IMG/VR virus record: IMGVR_UViG_3300013121_000018
Span: 32,001 to 96,000 of that record
Reading direction: 5' to 3' (one strand)
Length of the DNA stretch: 64,000 bases
From: a virus
Taxonomy: Duplodnaviria; Caudoviricetes
This document shows positions 1 through 8,585 of this stretch, in pieces (position 1 is the stretch's first letter; every line of letters begins with the position of its first letter). The translations under genes were made by a program, and so were the position numbers. The notes beneath the pieces were generated by a model. That model searched no databases. It was not told where the DNA came from and saw only the letters and a program-made list of their open reading frames with translations.

Positions 1-56
1 GGTCACTTATTATAATATCGTTCATATTATCTAAGTGTACAACTCTTTAACTTGTT

Positions 57-142
57 GCTCCGGTGGTGGAATTGGTATACACGACAGACTTAAAATCTGT
101 TATCCATTATTTGGATTGAGGGTTCGAGTCCCTCTCGGAGTA
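57..142 (+). tRNA. tRNA-Leu(UAA)
   Basis: Acceptor stem gctccgg/tcggagt, D loop GG, anticodon arm acaga-cttaaaa-tctgt (TAA at 91-93), long variable arm, T loop GTTCGAGT. Confidence 0.95.
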
Positions 143-174
143 CAAAAATAATACTTATTATTGTATTAAAGATT

Positions 175-612
175 ATGATTAAAGCAACCATAACGCTGAC
201 CTTAACAGGAGGCGTGAGGCTTCTACGTGAAGCCAAGAGCTTGAGTAATCAAGACATTCAAAACGCATTGCAAAATGCAAACAATGATCCTGCTTTTGGT
301 AAAGTTTTTGCACATTTACCAAGCACACAAAAGAATCATGATGTTACTATTGAAGAAATTCCTTGCACACAACGTATCAACATCATGAATGTACAGTTCA
401 AAGAAATAATGTCAGGTCAAGCAAGACCTTCTGACAGTTTCTGCCTGAACAACAAATTGATGATCATCAAGAAAAAAGATGGTCGTCGTGTCAAGGAGTT
501 TATGTATGAAAAATGGCGGTCATTCTCGGAAGAAAAGCGTTTGGCATTGTTTTTCAATGAGGTTGCCCTTGATCGAAATGCAGAACTTGGAAATATTGAA
601 ATTCTCAAGTAA
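175..612 (+). CDS. hypothetical phage protein
   Basis: 145-aa ORF on the coding strand, tightly packed with neighbours. Confidence 0.7.
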   Translation: MIKATITLTLTGGVRLLREAKSLSNQDIQNALQNANNDPAFGKVFAHLPSTQKNHDVTIEEIPCTQRINIMNVQFKEIMSGQARPSDSFCLNNKLMIIKKKDGRRVKEFMYEKWRSFSEEKRLALFFNEVALDRNAELGNIEILK

Positions 613-666
613 ATAATGAAAACACGTTCTCTTATTTTAATTAATTCTATTAAATTAAATATTATT

Positions 667-1023
667 ATGGCACAATTTTTAAAAAGAACTGAAAAAAATG
701 GATCGCTTACTGATAACTTTACTGCAGTATTCAGGAAACCACCTGCTATTGGTGGATTGATTGACTGTAAAATTCTCAAAAAGAATCGTGAAGAAATTCT
801 TCACAAACATTTTTCCTTAATGCTCGATATGCCTGAATCAAAGGCATTAGAAAACGCCAAGAAGACGTATGTCAGGCTGGTGAAGAACTCAAAAGCAATT
901 GTCAAACGTCTACGTGTATTGTCCTATGAATGGGACACAGCCAACGAGAAATACATTGCCGTATTAACAGAAAATACATTACCATATTATCGAAAGAAAA
1001 ATGTGGAAATTAATGTACAATAA
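667..1023 (+). CDS. hypothetical phage protein
   Basis: ORF 616..1023; likelier start MAQFLKR at 667 after an AT-rich leader. Confidence 0.65.
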   Translation: MAQFLKRTEKNGSLTDNFTAVFRKPPAIGGLIDCKILKKNREEILHKHFSLMLDMPESKALENAKKTYVRLVKNSKAIVKRLRVLSYEWDTANEKYIAVLTENTLPYYRKKNVEINVQ

Positions 1024-1279
1024 TCAACTGTTAGAGAGGGGACAATCCATTCCTGTCGTTATTGACAACCTTAAAGTCAATATGCAGTACGGATTGTCTG
1101 CTCTCACAGTTGATGTAAACAAAATTGAAAATTTTAATAAGTATAGGTTAGGTAAAATAGAAGTTGTTTATCATAAGAACAAACAGAATACTGGTGCTGC
1201 GGCAAAGGTTCGTGTTCTATGTATAAATAATTGCTTTTTAGTGGTTACAGAATATAAGAAACCTATAATTTTAAAATAG
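1013..1279 (+). CDS. hypothetical phage protein
   Basis: ORF overlapping upstream gene end; ATG at 1013. Confidence 0.6.
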   Translation: MYNNQLLERGQSIPVVIDNLKVNMQYGLSALTVDVNKIENFNKYRLGKIEVVYHKNKQNTGAAAKVRVLCINNCFLVVTEYKKPIILK

Positions 1280-1317
1280 TTTTACTTTTTTTTAAAAATT
1301 AAAAAACAATTAAAAAA

Positions 1318-1872
1318 ATGATTACTAAGAATTCAACCAATCAGGAAATTCGTGATGCATTTAAAGATGTTGTAGCAACAGGTAAGGCATTTGTTTATGG
1401 TCTTTTTGAAACAGCTAACGCTGATTATATTCAACTTGGCATTGCACAAGAAGTTACCACTCCAGGTTCTGCCACTGCAGAACAACAACTGTTCTTAGGA
1501 TGGGGTGAGAATAAAAGTATTGTGCGTTGTTTGCAAAACGTTAAGAAAGAAGTTCTTGAGAACATCAAGAAATATTTCAACAGCGATTTGAATCCAGGTT
1601 CTATTCTGGATAAAGCAAATATTCAAATCACTGAAGCATTTACTCCAAACTCTTGGCCTGATGCTGATGGTACAATTGTGTATCAAAAAGCAAAAGTGTA
1701 TCCAGAATCTTCACAACATGCTGGTAAATTCATGGTAGACTCTGAAGGTCGCCGTGTATACCGCAATACATCTCTTGTTTTGGGTGAAGCAACACATACT
1801 TTTGTGAAAGATTGTGTGCCTGAAGCAGCACCAGCAAATGCAGTTTCTCTTGAAAGTCTTGCAACAGCTTAA
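1318..1872 (+). CDS. conserved crAss-like hypothetical protein
   Basis: 184 aa with A-rich leader; C-terminal GxxVYRNTxLVxGEAxHxF resembles a family seen in crAss-like phages (from memory). Confidence 0.7.
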   Translation: MITKNSTNQEIRDAFKDVVATGKAFVYGLFETANADYIQLGIAQEVTTPGSATAEQQLFLGWGENKSIVRCLQNVKKEVLENIKKYFNSDLNPGSILDKANIQITEAFTPNSWPDADGTIVYQKAKVYPESSQHAGKFMVDSEGRRVYRNTSLVLGEATHTFVKDCVPEAAPANAVSLESLATA

Positions 1873-1933
1873 GTAAACAACACCTCTCTCTAATTAAATT
1901 TTTTAACAAATCATTTTAAAAATCTATTTTTTT

Positions 1934-2326
1934 ATGAGCAAATTAACTTCTAAAGCAGTATTTCTTCTTTCAGCTCTTTTTTTGGCAACTGGTGACAACG
2001 CACCAGAATCAGATTTCTGTGTTCCCTCAAACGAGGGCGATTGGGAATCTGCTTACAAAGAACTTCAAGAAAATCGCATTCTTGATGAAAATAACAATCT
2101 TACCGGTTATGGTAAGGCTAGGGCACATGGGTGTCAATCGCAAGGCGTTAATTTGCAACGACTTGCTGAAAAGAATCCAAACATGGCTATTGCTATGTTA
2201 AGGGAATCTGTCAACGGTATTGAATATCATTACCAAAATGGTGTTGAATTCTCCGATAAGGCTTTTAAGCTTTTTGGTGAAACTTCAGCTAGACTTGGCC
2301 ATTTGGCTGCAACTACAGTATCGTAA
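1934..2326 (+). CDS. hypothetical phage protein
   Basis: 130-aa ORF followed by a hairpin. Confidence 0.7.
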   Translation: MSKLTSKAVFLLSALFLATGDNAPESDFCVPSNEGDWESAYKELQENRILDENNNLTGYGKARAHGCQSQGVNLQRLAEKNPNMAIAMLRESVNGIEYHYQNGVEFSDKAFKLFGETSARLGHLAATTVS

Positions 2327-2335
2327 TACAAAAAC

Positions 2336-2380
2336 AAATCCTCTAGTCCCGTAAGATTAGAGGATTTTAATATTTTTTTT
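2336..2380 (+). terminator. putative intrinsic terminator / hairpin
   Basis: aaatcctctagtc-ccgtaa-gattagaggattt stem followed by T-rich sequence. Confidence 0.6.
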
Positions 2381-2929
2381 ATGGACAAAGAGAAAAGAGA
2401 AGCCTATGTCCAATGGCTTACAAAGAAAGGAAAACCACAATTAGTTACTCCTTTAAAGTTTATTGGACTTAGAAAAAATAAACACGATCACGTCGTAACA
2501 TTTTACGATGCTGACGGGAGACCCTACAACGGGGAAGTATGGGATTGTCGTACACAGGATGGTAAAGTAAAACAATTTACTTTTCCTGTTGAGACAGCCT
2601 CTCAGGAAGAAGTAGGATGGAGTTTTAATTCTAATCCTATTGATGATAATAGTATTTACACTAATCAAGATGCTTGGCATTATGATGGTGAAAACTATAT
2701 TGTAATCCCTAATGAATGTAAATTAACAGAAAAAGAAGAAAAAGTAATGAGTTTTCTTCATAACTTTGTTAACAACACAGATGATGACGTTATGGGCACA
2801 TTGGCTCAATTAAAGTTAATGATGTTGACTACGCCGTCACAAAGGATATTAAAAGAGTACAAAGATTTTAGAACCAATCATGCCGAAAAGCATGATAAAC
2901 TAAACAATCTTATAGATGGAAGTATTTAA
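2381..2929 (+). CDS. hypothetical phage protein
   Basis: 182-aa ORF. Confidence 0.7.
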   Translation: MDKEKREAYVQWLTKKGKPQLVTPLKFIGLRKNKHDHVVTFYDADGRPYNGEVWDCRTQDGKVKQFTFPVETASQEEVGWSFNSNPIDDNSIYTNQDAWHYDGENYIVIPNECKLTEKEEKVMSFLHNFVNNTDDDVMGTLAQLKLMMLTTPSQRILKEYKDFRTNHAEKHDKLNNLIDGSI

Positions 2930-3110
2930 AAAGATTGGATTTTTTCTCCTTGCTGCAATTAGCGCATTTATATTGGCTTCAATAGCAATTGCTGCTAAAG
3001 CACTTGGAGGAATTGTTGGATTTATTTTTTCACACTTTGTTGATGGCTTCAAAGGACAAGCTGATGCCGTCAATGAATATTTTGAGTATTTAGACAGGAA
3101 AACCGATTAG
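2916..3110 (+). CDS. small membrane protein
   Basis: 64 aa with long hydrophobic N-terminal segment. Confidence 0.6.
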   Translation: MEVFKKIGFFLLAAISAFILASIAIAAKALGGIVGFIFSHFVDGFKGQADAVNEYFEYLDRKTD

Positions 3111-3117
3111 AGGTTTT

Positions 3118-3133
3118 GGCCCCGTAGCTCAGT
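3118..3133 (+). pseudogene. 5' remnant of a disrupted tRNA gene
   Basis: GGCCCCG-TAGCTCAGT is a classic tRNA 5' end; its acceptor half pairs with CGGGGTC at 3684-3690. Confidence 0.7.
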
Positions 3134-3491
3134 GTACTATTATGTGACGTATTCTATGACAGTTTGCACATAATAGTACACATTTATCCAATTCTTCTAA
3201 TATTTTATTCCAATTCATAATTCTTAATTTCGACCAATCATGATCTTTTAATTTAGGATTAAGATGATGAAATTCAAAAACAGCATAGTGCGAATTGTTT
3301 AATTCTAATAAACAATCATTACATTTACCACCTTTGTAAATAATAGCATCAATTTTACGTTTTATCCAACGTTGTTGACACCGTTTATTAAAACAGTTTT
3401 TACAGTAGCACATTGTATTTTGACTATGTGATTTTGAAGTATAAAACTCATTTAAAGGTTTAATAATTTTACAATCGGTACATATTTTCAT
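3129..3491 (-). CDS. HNH homing endonuclease with N-terminal Zn finger
   Basis: CxxC..CxxC N-terminus, GGKCxDC, FEFHH, LLCANCHRIRH HNH core; antisense to its neighbours. Confidence 0.85.
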   Translation of the reverse strand: MKICTDCKIIKPLNEFYTSKSHSQNTMCYCKNCFNKRCQQRWIKRKIDAIIYKGGKCNDCLLELNNSHYAVFEFHHLNPKLKDHDWSKLRIMNWNKILEELDKCVLLCANCHRIRHIIVH

Positions 3492-3524
3492 ATTATTTTA
3501 TTTTTTTTATTATTTGTAAATCAA

Positions 3525-3597
3525 GGCTTGGTCATTCTAACGGATAAGAAATCTGGCTTCTAACCAGAGAATAGGGGTTCGATTCCTCTCCAAGTCA
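3525..3597 (+). tRNA. tRNA-Arg(UCU)
   Basis: Acceptor ggcttgg/ccaagtc, anticodon arm tctgg-cttctaa-ccaga, T arm agggg-ttcgatt-cctct; slightly atypical D arm. Confidence 0.85.
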
Positions 3598-3605
3598 CAA
3601 AGATA
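3598..3605 (-). promoter_or_regulatory. putative Bacteroidota -7 promoter element for the HNH gene
   Basis: TATCTTTG on the - strand matches TAnnTTTG; the same 8-mer precedes the antisense GIY-YIG at 23578-23585. Confidence 0.5.
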
Positions 3606-3674
3606 ATATATAATATGCTTAGTAAATAAGTTTCTAAGCATATTATTAAATATTTAATAAATATTTAACAAAAA

Positions 3675-3693
3675 AACTCCTGTCGGGGTCACA
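3675..3693 (+). pseudogene. 3' remnant of the disrupted tRNA gene
   Basis: aact-cctgt-cggggtc-aca = end of T loop, 3' T stem, 3' acceptor stem and discriminator. Confidence 0.7.
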
Positions 3694-3705
3694 AATTAAG
3701 TTTTT

Positions 3706-3924
3706 ATGAATGTATTTAAAAAATCAGAAGTTCCTAAAGGAAAAAATTCTTTATATTCTGAAACTTATCAGGTTAACTTTTGGTTGACTGAAAATGGAAT
3801 AATTTCTAAACAACAAGAAATTTATCATACTGCTTCAAAAGGTAGACACAAGCAAGTTGAAGCTAAATGGAAAAAAGAATATAAAGATAAAGCAGTAAAA
3901 TTGATTTCTGTAATTTATGAATAA
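3706..3924 (+). CDS. hypothetical phage protein
   Basis: 72-aa ORF. Confidence 0.6.
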   Translation: MNVFKKSEVPKGKNSLYSETYQVNFWLTENGIISKQQEIYHTASKGRHKQVEAKWKKEYKDKAVKLISVIYE

Positions 3925-3930
3925 AATATT

Positions 3931-4170
3931 ATGGCAAAAGATAAAGAATTTGAGAAACGATACAAAGAAGAAGGAAACAGAAGAATGTCCATTAGAAAAG
4001 CAAAAAGAAATGAAAAATATTTTAAACTTACAAGAGAAGCCCAAGAATGTGGAAAACCTATTTGGGCAATAAAAGCAGGATATTGGCCTGATTCTAATAG
4101 TCCTACAGGATATTCACAAAAATGTGATTGGCAGGGTAATTGTCAATATCCCTGTAACGGAGATTGTTAA
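3931..4170 (+). CDS. hypothetical protein with Cys-rich C-terminus
   Basis: 79 aa ending CDWQGNCQYPCNGDC. Confidence 0.65.
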   Translation: MAKDKEFEKRYKEEGNRRMSIRKAKRNEKYFKLTREAQECGKPIWAIKAGYWPDSNSPTGYSQKCDWQGNCQYPCNGDC

Positions 4171-4175
4171 TACAT

Positions 4176-4233
4176 CGCAGGATAGCTTAGTGGTAGAGCT
4201 TTTAGCGGGTGTTCGATTCACTCTCCTGCAACA
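4176..4233 (+). ncRNA. tRNA-like RNA lacking the anticodon arm (or tRNA pseudogene)
   Basis: Acceptor cgcagga/tcctgca with C1-A72 mismatch, D arm gctt-agtggta-gagc, T arm gggtg-ttcgatt-cactc; only ~7 nt between D and T arms. Confidence 0.7.
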
Positions 4234-4249
4234 AATTAAAATTAAAATC

Positions 4250-4444
4250 ATGGAACTATTATCATTTGTAATTTGGTTATGTTTTTATCCTGTTTCTTGT
4301 GCAGTAGAAAAATATGTATTGGCAGAATTTTACAGAAAAAGAAACTGGAAATTTTTGTCCGAAACAAATAACTTTTTTTCTATAGTTTTTAATTTGTTTT
4401 TATATATTTTAATAGCACAATTTCTTTTCTTCAGGATTCCATAA
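4250..4444 (+). CDS. small membrane protein
   Basis: Two hydrophobic segments; start at MELLSF because the upstream extension overlaps the tRNA-like element. Confidence 0.55.
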   Translation: MELLSFVIWLCFYPVSCAVEKYVLAEFYRKRNWKFLSETNNFFSIVFNLFLYILIAQFLFFRIP

Positions 4445-4483
4445 CAGACTAAGAACAAACACCTAAACTTAAATCTTAAACTT

Positions 4484-4789
4484 ATGAAAAAATTATTATT
4501 ACTAGCATTTATTAGTTTGAGTGTTTGTTCTTATGCTCAAACCATTGGTCTTGAAATGGGAGCAAATCTTATTTCAGACAGAAAATTATTTCATGACAAT
4601 ACTCTTAACTGCCAACCACGGCCATTCACCTATGTTGGAGTGAATTATCAAATCAAAAGTATAACGACAAGACTGACTTATACTTTTGATTTACACATTA
4701 TTACTATTGGGTCTAGTATCCAATTATATAATGTGAATAGAAAAAGTAGAAGTTATGCTTTAATAAACAGAAACTATAACAAACATTAA
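4484..4789 (+). CDS. secreted / outer-membrane-like protein
   Basis: Sec signal MKKLLLLAFISLSVCSYA|Q; beta-strand-like alternating pattern. Confidence 0.65.
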   Translation: MKKLLLLAFISLSVCSYAQTIGLEMGANLISDRKLFHDNTLNCQPRPFTYVGVNYQIKSITTRLTYTFDLHIITIGSSIQLYNVNRKSRSYALINRNYNKH

Positions 4790-4810
4790 ACTATTAAAAT
4801 TAAAAAAATT

Positions 4811-5446
4811 ATGAGAAAATTGTTAATGTTTGTAACTTTTCTTACATTTAGCGTTATAATGACTGCACAATGTAAGATTGAAACTGGAAATCTGATTGTC
4901 GAATCATTAGGTAATCAAGAGTATAGCCTATATTTAAGCCAGAAACCAATTAACACCTGTTTCCCGGTTTCTGACAGCAGTTCATTATGGGTGGGTATAC
5001 TTTGTTCATCTACTGGTAATTATGCGTCAGAATGGCTGAAATGGTCTGATACGCTAAAATACACTTTTAGTGGTCATATTACACTGGTCGCTAAGATTAA
5101 GTGGTATAAGCAAGGGAATGCTTATGCTGAAACACATATCTTTGTACCAGATGTATTTGAAACTGGACATAACTGCTATACTAAAATTGGTACATATTCT
5201 GTTCCAAATATTATACCACCAGTAATCACACCACCTGTGTTTGTTCCAGAGTTTAATATTAACAATGAAATTATTACCACTAATGTTGGTGGCACGTTAA
5301 TAATTATGTCATATCCTAACTTTGATAATATCATTGTAAAGGAATATGACAATCAATTCACTTTTAATCTATTACCCGGATGGTGGTATTGTTATCTAAT
5401 ATTAGATGATGGGACAACATTGGGTAATACAATCATTCAAAACTAA
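4811..5446 (+). CDS. secreted protein with Pro-rich linker and possible T9SS-type C-terminal domain
   Basis: Signal peptide ...IMTA|Q, PNIIPPVITPP linker, C-terminal LLPGWWY...DG...TIIQN. Confidence 0.65.
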   Translation: MRKLLMFVTFLTFSVIMTAQCKIETGNLIVESLGNQEYSLYLSQKPINTCFPVSDSSSLWVGILCSSTGNYASEWLKWSDTLKYTFSGHITLVAKIKWYKQGNAYAETHIFVPDVFETGHNCYTKIGTYSVPNIIPPVITPPVFVPEFNINNEIITTNVGGTLIIMSYPNFDNIIVKEYDNQFTFNLLPGWWYCYLILDDGTTLGNTIIQN

Positions 5447-5817
5447 TGTATTTACTACTAACTTTTTTAGTTTTATCATTATTAATTTATTTTTTTGGAG
5501 GGAAGTTTCCGGATTCAGATGGTGTAGGTTTTTTAACTATTTTGATAGCAGTAGTTTCAATCTTAGGAATATGTGTATGTTTAATAATGATTCCTCTTAA
5601 AAGAATAGAATCATTACAACTTATTAGAAAAACCAATTCTTATCAAAATACAATTCAACTACATAGAGAATTTAACGTATCTGAAATTGAAAGAGCCGCA
5701 TTAACTCAAAAAATATTAGAAATTAATGCTGAAATAATAGAAGCACAATATTGGAATACTACTCAATGGGATTGGTGGTATGACGATAGTGTAATGAATA
5801 TTAAACCTATTGAATAA
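5446..5817 (+). CDS. membrane protein
   Basis: Two N-terminal TM helices; start overlaps upstream stop. Confidence 0.65.
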   Translation: MYLLLTFLVLSLLIYFFGGKFPDSDGVGFLTILIAVVSILGICVCLIMIPLKRIESLQLIRKTNSYQNTIQLHREFNVSEIERAALTQKILEINAEIIEAQYWNTTQWDWWYDDSVMNIKPIE

Positions 5818-5894
5818 AAACAAACAACTCCCCCATCACCGGATTAAAATTCCACGAAAACAGTCGTCTGGTGGTGCGGGGAGTATTCTTTATT

Positions 5895-6065
5895 ATGAAT
5901 AAATCAGAACCAAAGAAAATAATTAACTTGGCTTTACCAAAAGCCAAAGAAGTAATGTCCAAGTTTTCTATTAAATGGACATTTGGACAGAAAATCCTAG
6001 TCAAATGGCTAGGATTAAAAATATTCAGTAAAAAATTAAAGAAAAATGAACAGAACAACATTTAA
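5895..6065 (+). CDS. small basic hypothetical protein
   Basis: ATG after a GC-rich hairpin. Confidence 0.45.
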   Translation: MNKSEPKKIINLALPKAKEVMSKFSIKWTFGQKILVKWLGLKIFSKKLKKNEQNNI

Positions 6066-6226
6066 TATAGCTCTTAGTGCATTAGGAACATATCTTACAA
6101 AACCATATTTAGAACATGACCAAATATTTGTATTTGGAACAATAATGTTGATATGTTGGGGCATTGACCAATTAATCAGTTTAAAAGAAAAAAATACATT
6201 CAACGACCATCATTTAAACAATTAAA

Positions 6227-6667
6227 ATGAAAAAATTAATCAATTTATTGGCTATTATAGCCATTATTACTCTAAGTTCATGTAGAGCTTCATTCTACAC
6301 AGGAGAATTTACTATAGTAGATAAAAAGCCTTCTAAAACAGAAGGTTATTATCTCTATAAACTTAAGAATGTAAATCCAGACAAACCACGTCGTAAATAC
6401 GAGCATGGATACTACTCTTGGTATAGAGACAGTGTTAATTATCTCATTGGAGATACTTTTAGATTTGTATCAACAGATAAAGAAATGCTTTCTTTATATG
6501 AAGCATTATCTGGTTTAAAAAATATCAATGAAGGGCTATACATAGCCATGAAAGGTCTTGTCCAAAATGCATATAATAAAGCACTTTTTGAAGGTAAATC
6601 CCCAAAAGAAGCTTATGATGCTGCTCTAAAAGAAGCAAGATTAAGGTTAACAGAACTTTTAAAATGA
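6227..6667 (+). CDS. lipoprotein
   Basis: Lipobox MKKLINLLAIIAIITLSS|C. Confidence 0.7.
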   Translation: MKKLINLLAIIAIITLSSCRASFYTGEFTIVDKKPSKTEGYYLYKLKNVNPDKPRRKYEHGYYSWYRDSVNYLIGDTFRFVSTDKEMLSLYEALSGLKNINEGLYIAMKGLVQNAYNKALFEGKSPKEAYDAALKEARLRLTELLK

Positions 6668-7659
6668 AAAAAATACTAACAATATTATTGACTATAAGTA
6701 CAGTTTTGGCCTATAGTCAATCTTTTAACATAAAATCCCAATATTCATTGGGTAATCTACTTGGTGGTGTAAGTTTATCCTTAGATGAAAAGCCAGTAAT
6801 ATTTGAAACAGGTTTGTACTTAGACCAAAATGGTCAAATACACAATCAAATCAAAGCGGGTTTACATCTAAAACATACAGATGAACCTGTTAGAAGCAGA
6901 TTTATGTTCTATCCTATATGGCTTGATGGTAAACTTGGTGGCGAAGAATCAAATCACTTTACTGTAGCGCATAGTTTAGAGTTCACAAGACCTACTAAAA
7001 TCAAAAATAATTATTTGATTTGGTGTATAGGAGCATCTATGTCCAAAAAAGCAGACAAAGAGATGTTTCCTTACAAGGATTTTAAGATATTGCCACATGT
7101 AAGTCTTGAATACTCATTTGGTAAAAGATATTACTCTGATTATAAAAAAGTCAAAGAACCTATTGCTATGGATATGGGTGTTAATTGGAATAAGTTTAAT
7201 ACTGCTTCTCTTATATTAGGTATTGTTAATGGCATGGCTGCTGGTGGAATAGAAGTTATCAGAGCAGAACCACAAGCCTTTCAAGCATTTGTCAAAGCTG
7301 GCCCTTATGATTGGGGTGGTGTAAATGATTGGGAAAGAAATTACTACCATAATAGATATAGAAATGAAGATGGCTCTATTAATAAACATAAGCCAGAGTG
7401 GTTTGGAAATTTTGGTAGGGATGCTGACCACACGTTAAAAGATGTTTTCAAAGTATCCAGAGGGTTGTATGGTATTGGCATAGGTGCTTCTGCCACACAA
7501 CAAATACAAAAGACAATTAATTTATATAAAGGAACTCCTCGTTATAAAAAGGAACTTACCAAAACAATTCTACAGGAATTAGGTAAAGCTGCTTTTTGTA
7601 GAGTAGTTTCATCACTTACAGAACAACAGATTTATGAACACATCAGAGCAAACTACTAA
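6664..7659 (+). CDS. secreted / envelope protein
   Basis: Signal peptide ...LAYS|Q, beta-rich N-half, hydrophobic Gly-rich C-half. Confidence 0.7.
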   Translation: MKKILTILLTISTVLAYSQSFNIKSQYSLGNLLGGVSLSLDEKPVIFETGLYLDQNGQIHNQIKAGLHLKHTDEPVRSRFMFYPIWLDGKLGGEESNHFTVAHSLEFTRPTKIKNNYLIWCIGASMSKKADKEMFPYKDFKILPHVSLEYSFGKRYYSDYKKVKEPIAMDMGVNWNKFNTASLILGIVNGMAAGGIEVIRAEPQAFQAFVKAGPYDWGGVNDWERNYYHNRYRNEDGSINKHKPEWFGNFGRDADHTLKDVFKVSRGLYGIGIGASATQQIQKTINLYKGTPRYKKELTKTILQELGKAAFCRVVSSLTEQQIYEHIRANY

Positions 7660-7882
7660 TTTTAAAAAAGGTGATTACCTATATATTCAAGATGATAATG
7701 TAGAAATACTTTTCATCTTTGATGAAGTAATTAGCAACAGATATTTCACACCAAAGTATTACCAAATAATTGATGGTGAACATTGCTTCAAAGGTTCTGG
7801 TTATATTACCACAAATCAAGAAGTAGTAGAAGCTTCTCAAGACATCATTGATAGATTTTTAAATCATCCTAATTTTGTATGA
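7634..7882 (+). CDS. hypothetical phage protein
   Basis: 82-aa ORF in operon-like packing. Confidence 0.6.
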   Translation: MNTSEQTTNFKKGDYLYIQDDNVEILFIFDEVISNRYFTPKYYQIIDGEHCFKGSGYITTNQEVVEASQDIIDRFLNHPNFV

Positions 7883-8091
7883 ATTTAGTATTTTGTGAAA
7901 ATAATTGTTCAATATCTGATTTAGAAGAAGGTAAATGTAAATGTTACAATGAGGCTAAAGAAGAACTTCAAGAAGAAAACTCTGGTAAATATTATTGTGG
8001 CATTTGTAGTAAACCTTTTCTTAAATCAGAATTAACACCAATAACAAATGGATTAGCCTGTTGTGATAATTGTTTAAAAATTAAAATATGA
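7879..8091 (+). CDS. small Cys-rich (Zn-binding) protein
   Basis: CxxC..CCxxC motifs. Confidence 0.6.
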   Translation: MNLVFCENNCSISDLEEGKCKCYNEAKEELQEENSGKYYCGICSKPFLKSELTPITNGLACCDNCLKIKI

Positions 8092-8354
8092 AAAACATAG
8101 ATAAAACCTTAATTTATTTATCCTCAAGTATGTTCTTTATAGGAATTTGGGCAGGATTAACTTTTTCTACTATTGAATTTAAAAAGTATTCTGATAAAGA
8201 ACTACAATTAATCCATAAGGGATTTGTTTTAGGGTGGTATTATCACGAATCATCTATATTTGGGAGTAAAGTTCCATCTACTTCATTATATGAAGCATGG
8301 AAATCTCAAAAAGCTTCTTTAGAGGCAGAAAAAAAAACAATTAAAGATGAATAA
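8088..8354 (+). CDS. small membrane protein
   Basis: N-terminal hydrophobic helix; ATGA overlap. Confidence 0.55.
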   Translation: MKNIDKTLIYLSSSMFFIGIWAGLTFSTIEFKKYSDKELQLIHKGFVLGWYYHESSIFGSKVPSTSLYEAWKSQKASLEAEKKTIKDE

Positions 8355-8575
8355 TGAAAGACTATATAATCATCAATGGTCAAAAAATCAATGTTACTAG
8401 AATGTGGAATCGTCTTCAACAATTAGAGCATAAAATTAAGGTTTTAGAAAATGAACGAAATATGATGAATAACGAAAAAGAAATTAAATGGCCTTTTCAT
8501 AAGGCTGCACGGTTTATCATAGCTATTACTGTTATATTATGGTTTTTTATAATCATGTTGCTTATTGGTTTGTAA
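8354..8575 (+). CDS. coiled-coil protein with C-terminal TM helix
   Basis: 73 aa; TAATG overlap. Confidence 0.55.
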   Translation: MKDYIIINGQKINVTRMWNRLQQLEHKIKVLENERNMMNNEKEIKWPFHKAARFIIAITVILWFFIIMLLIGL

Positions 8576-8585
8576 ATTTGTCAAG

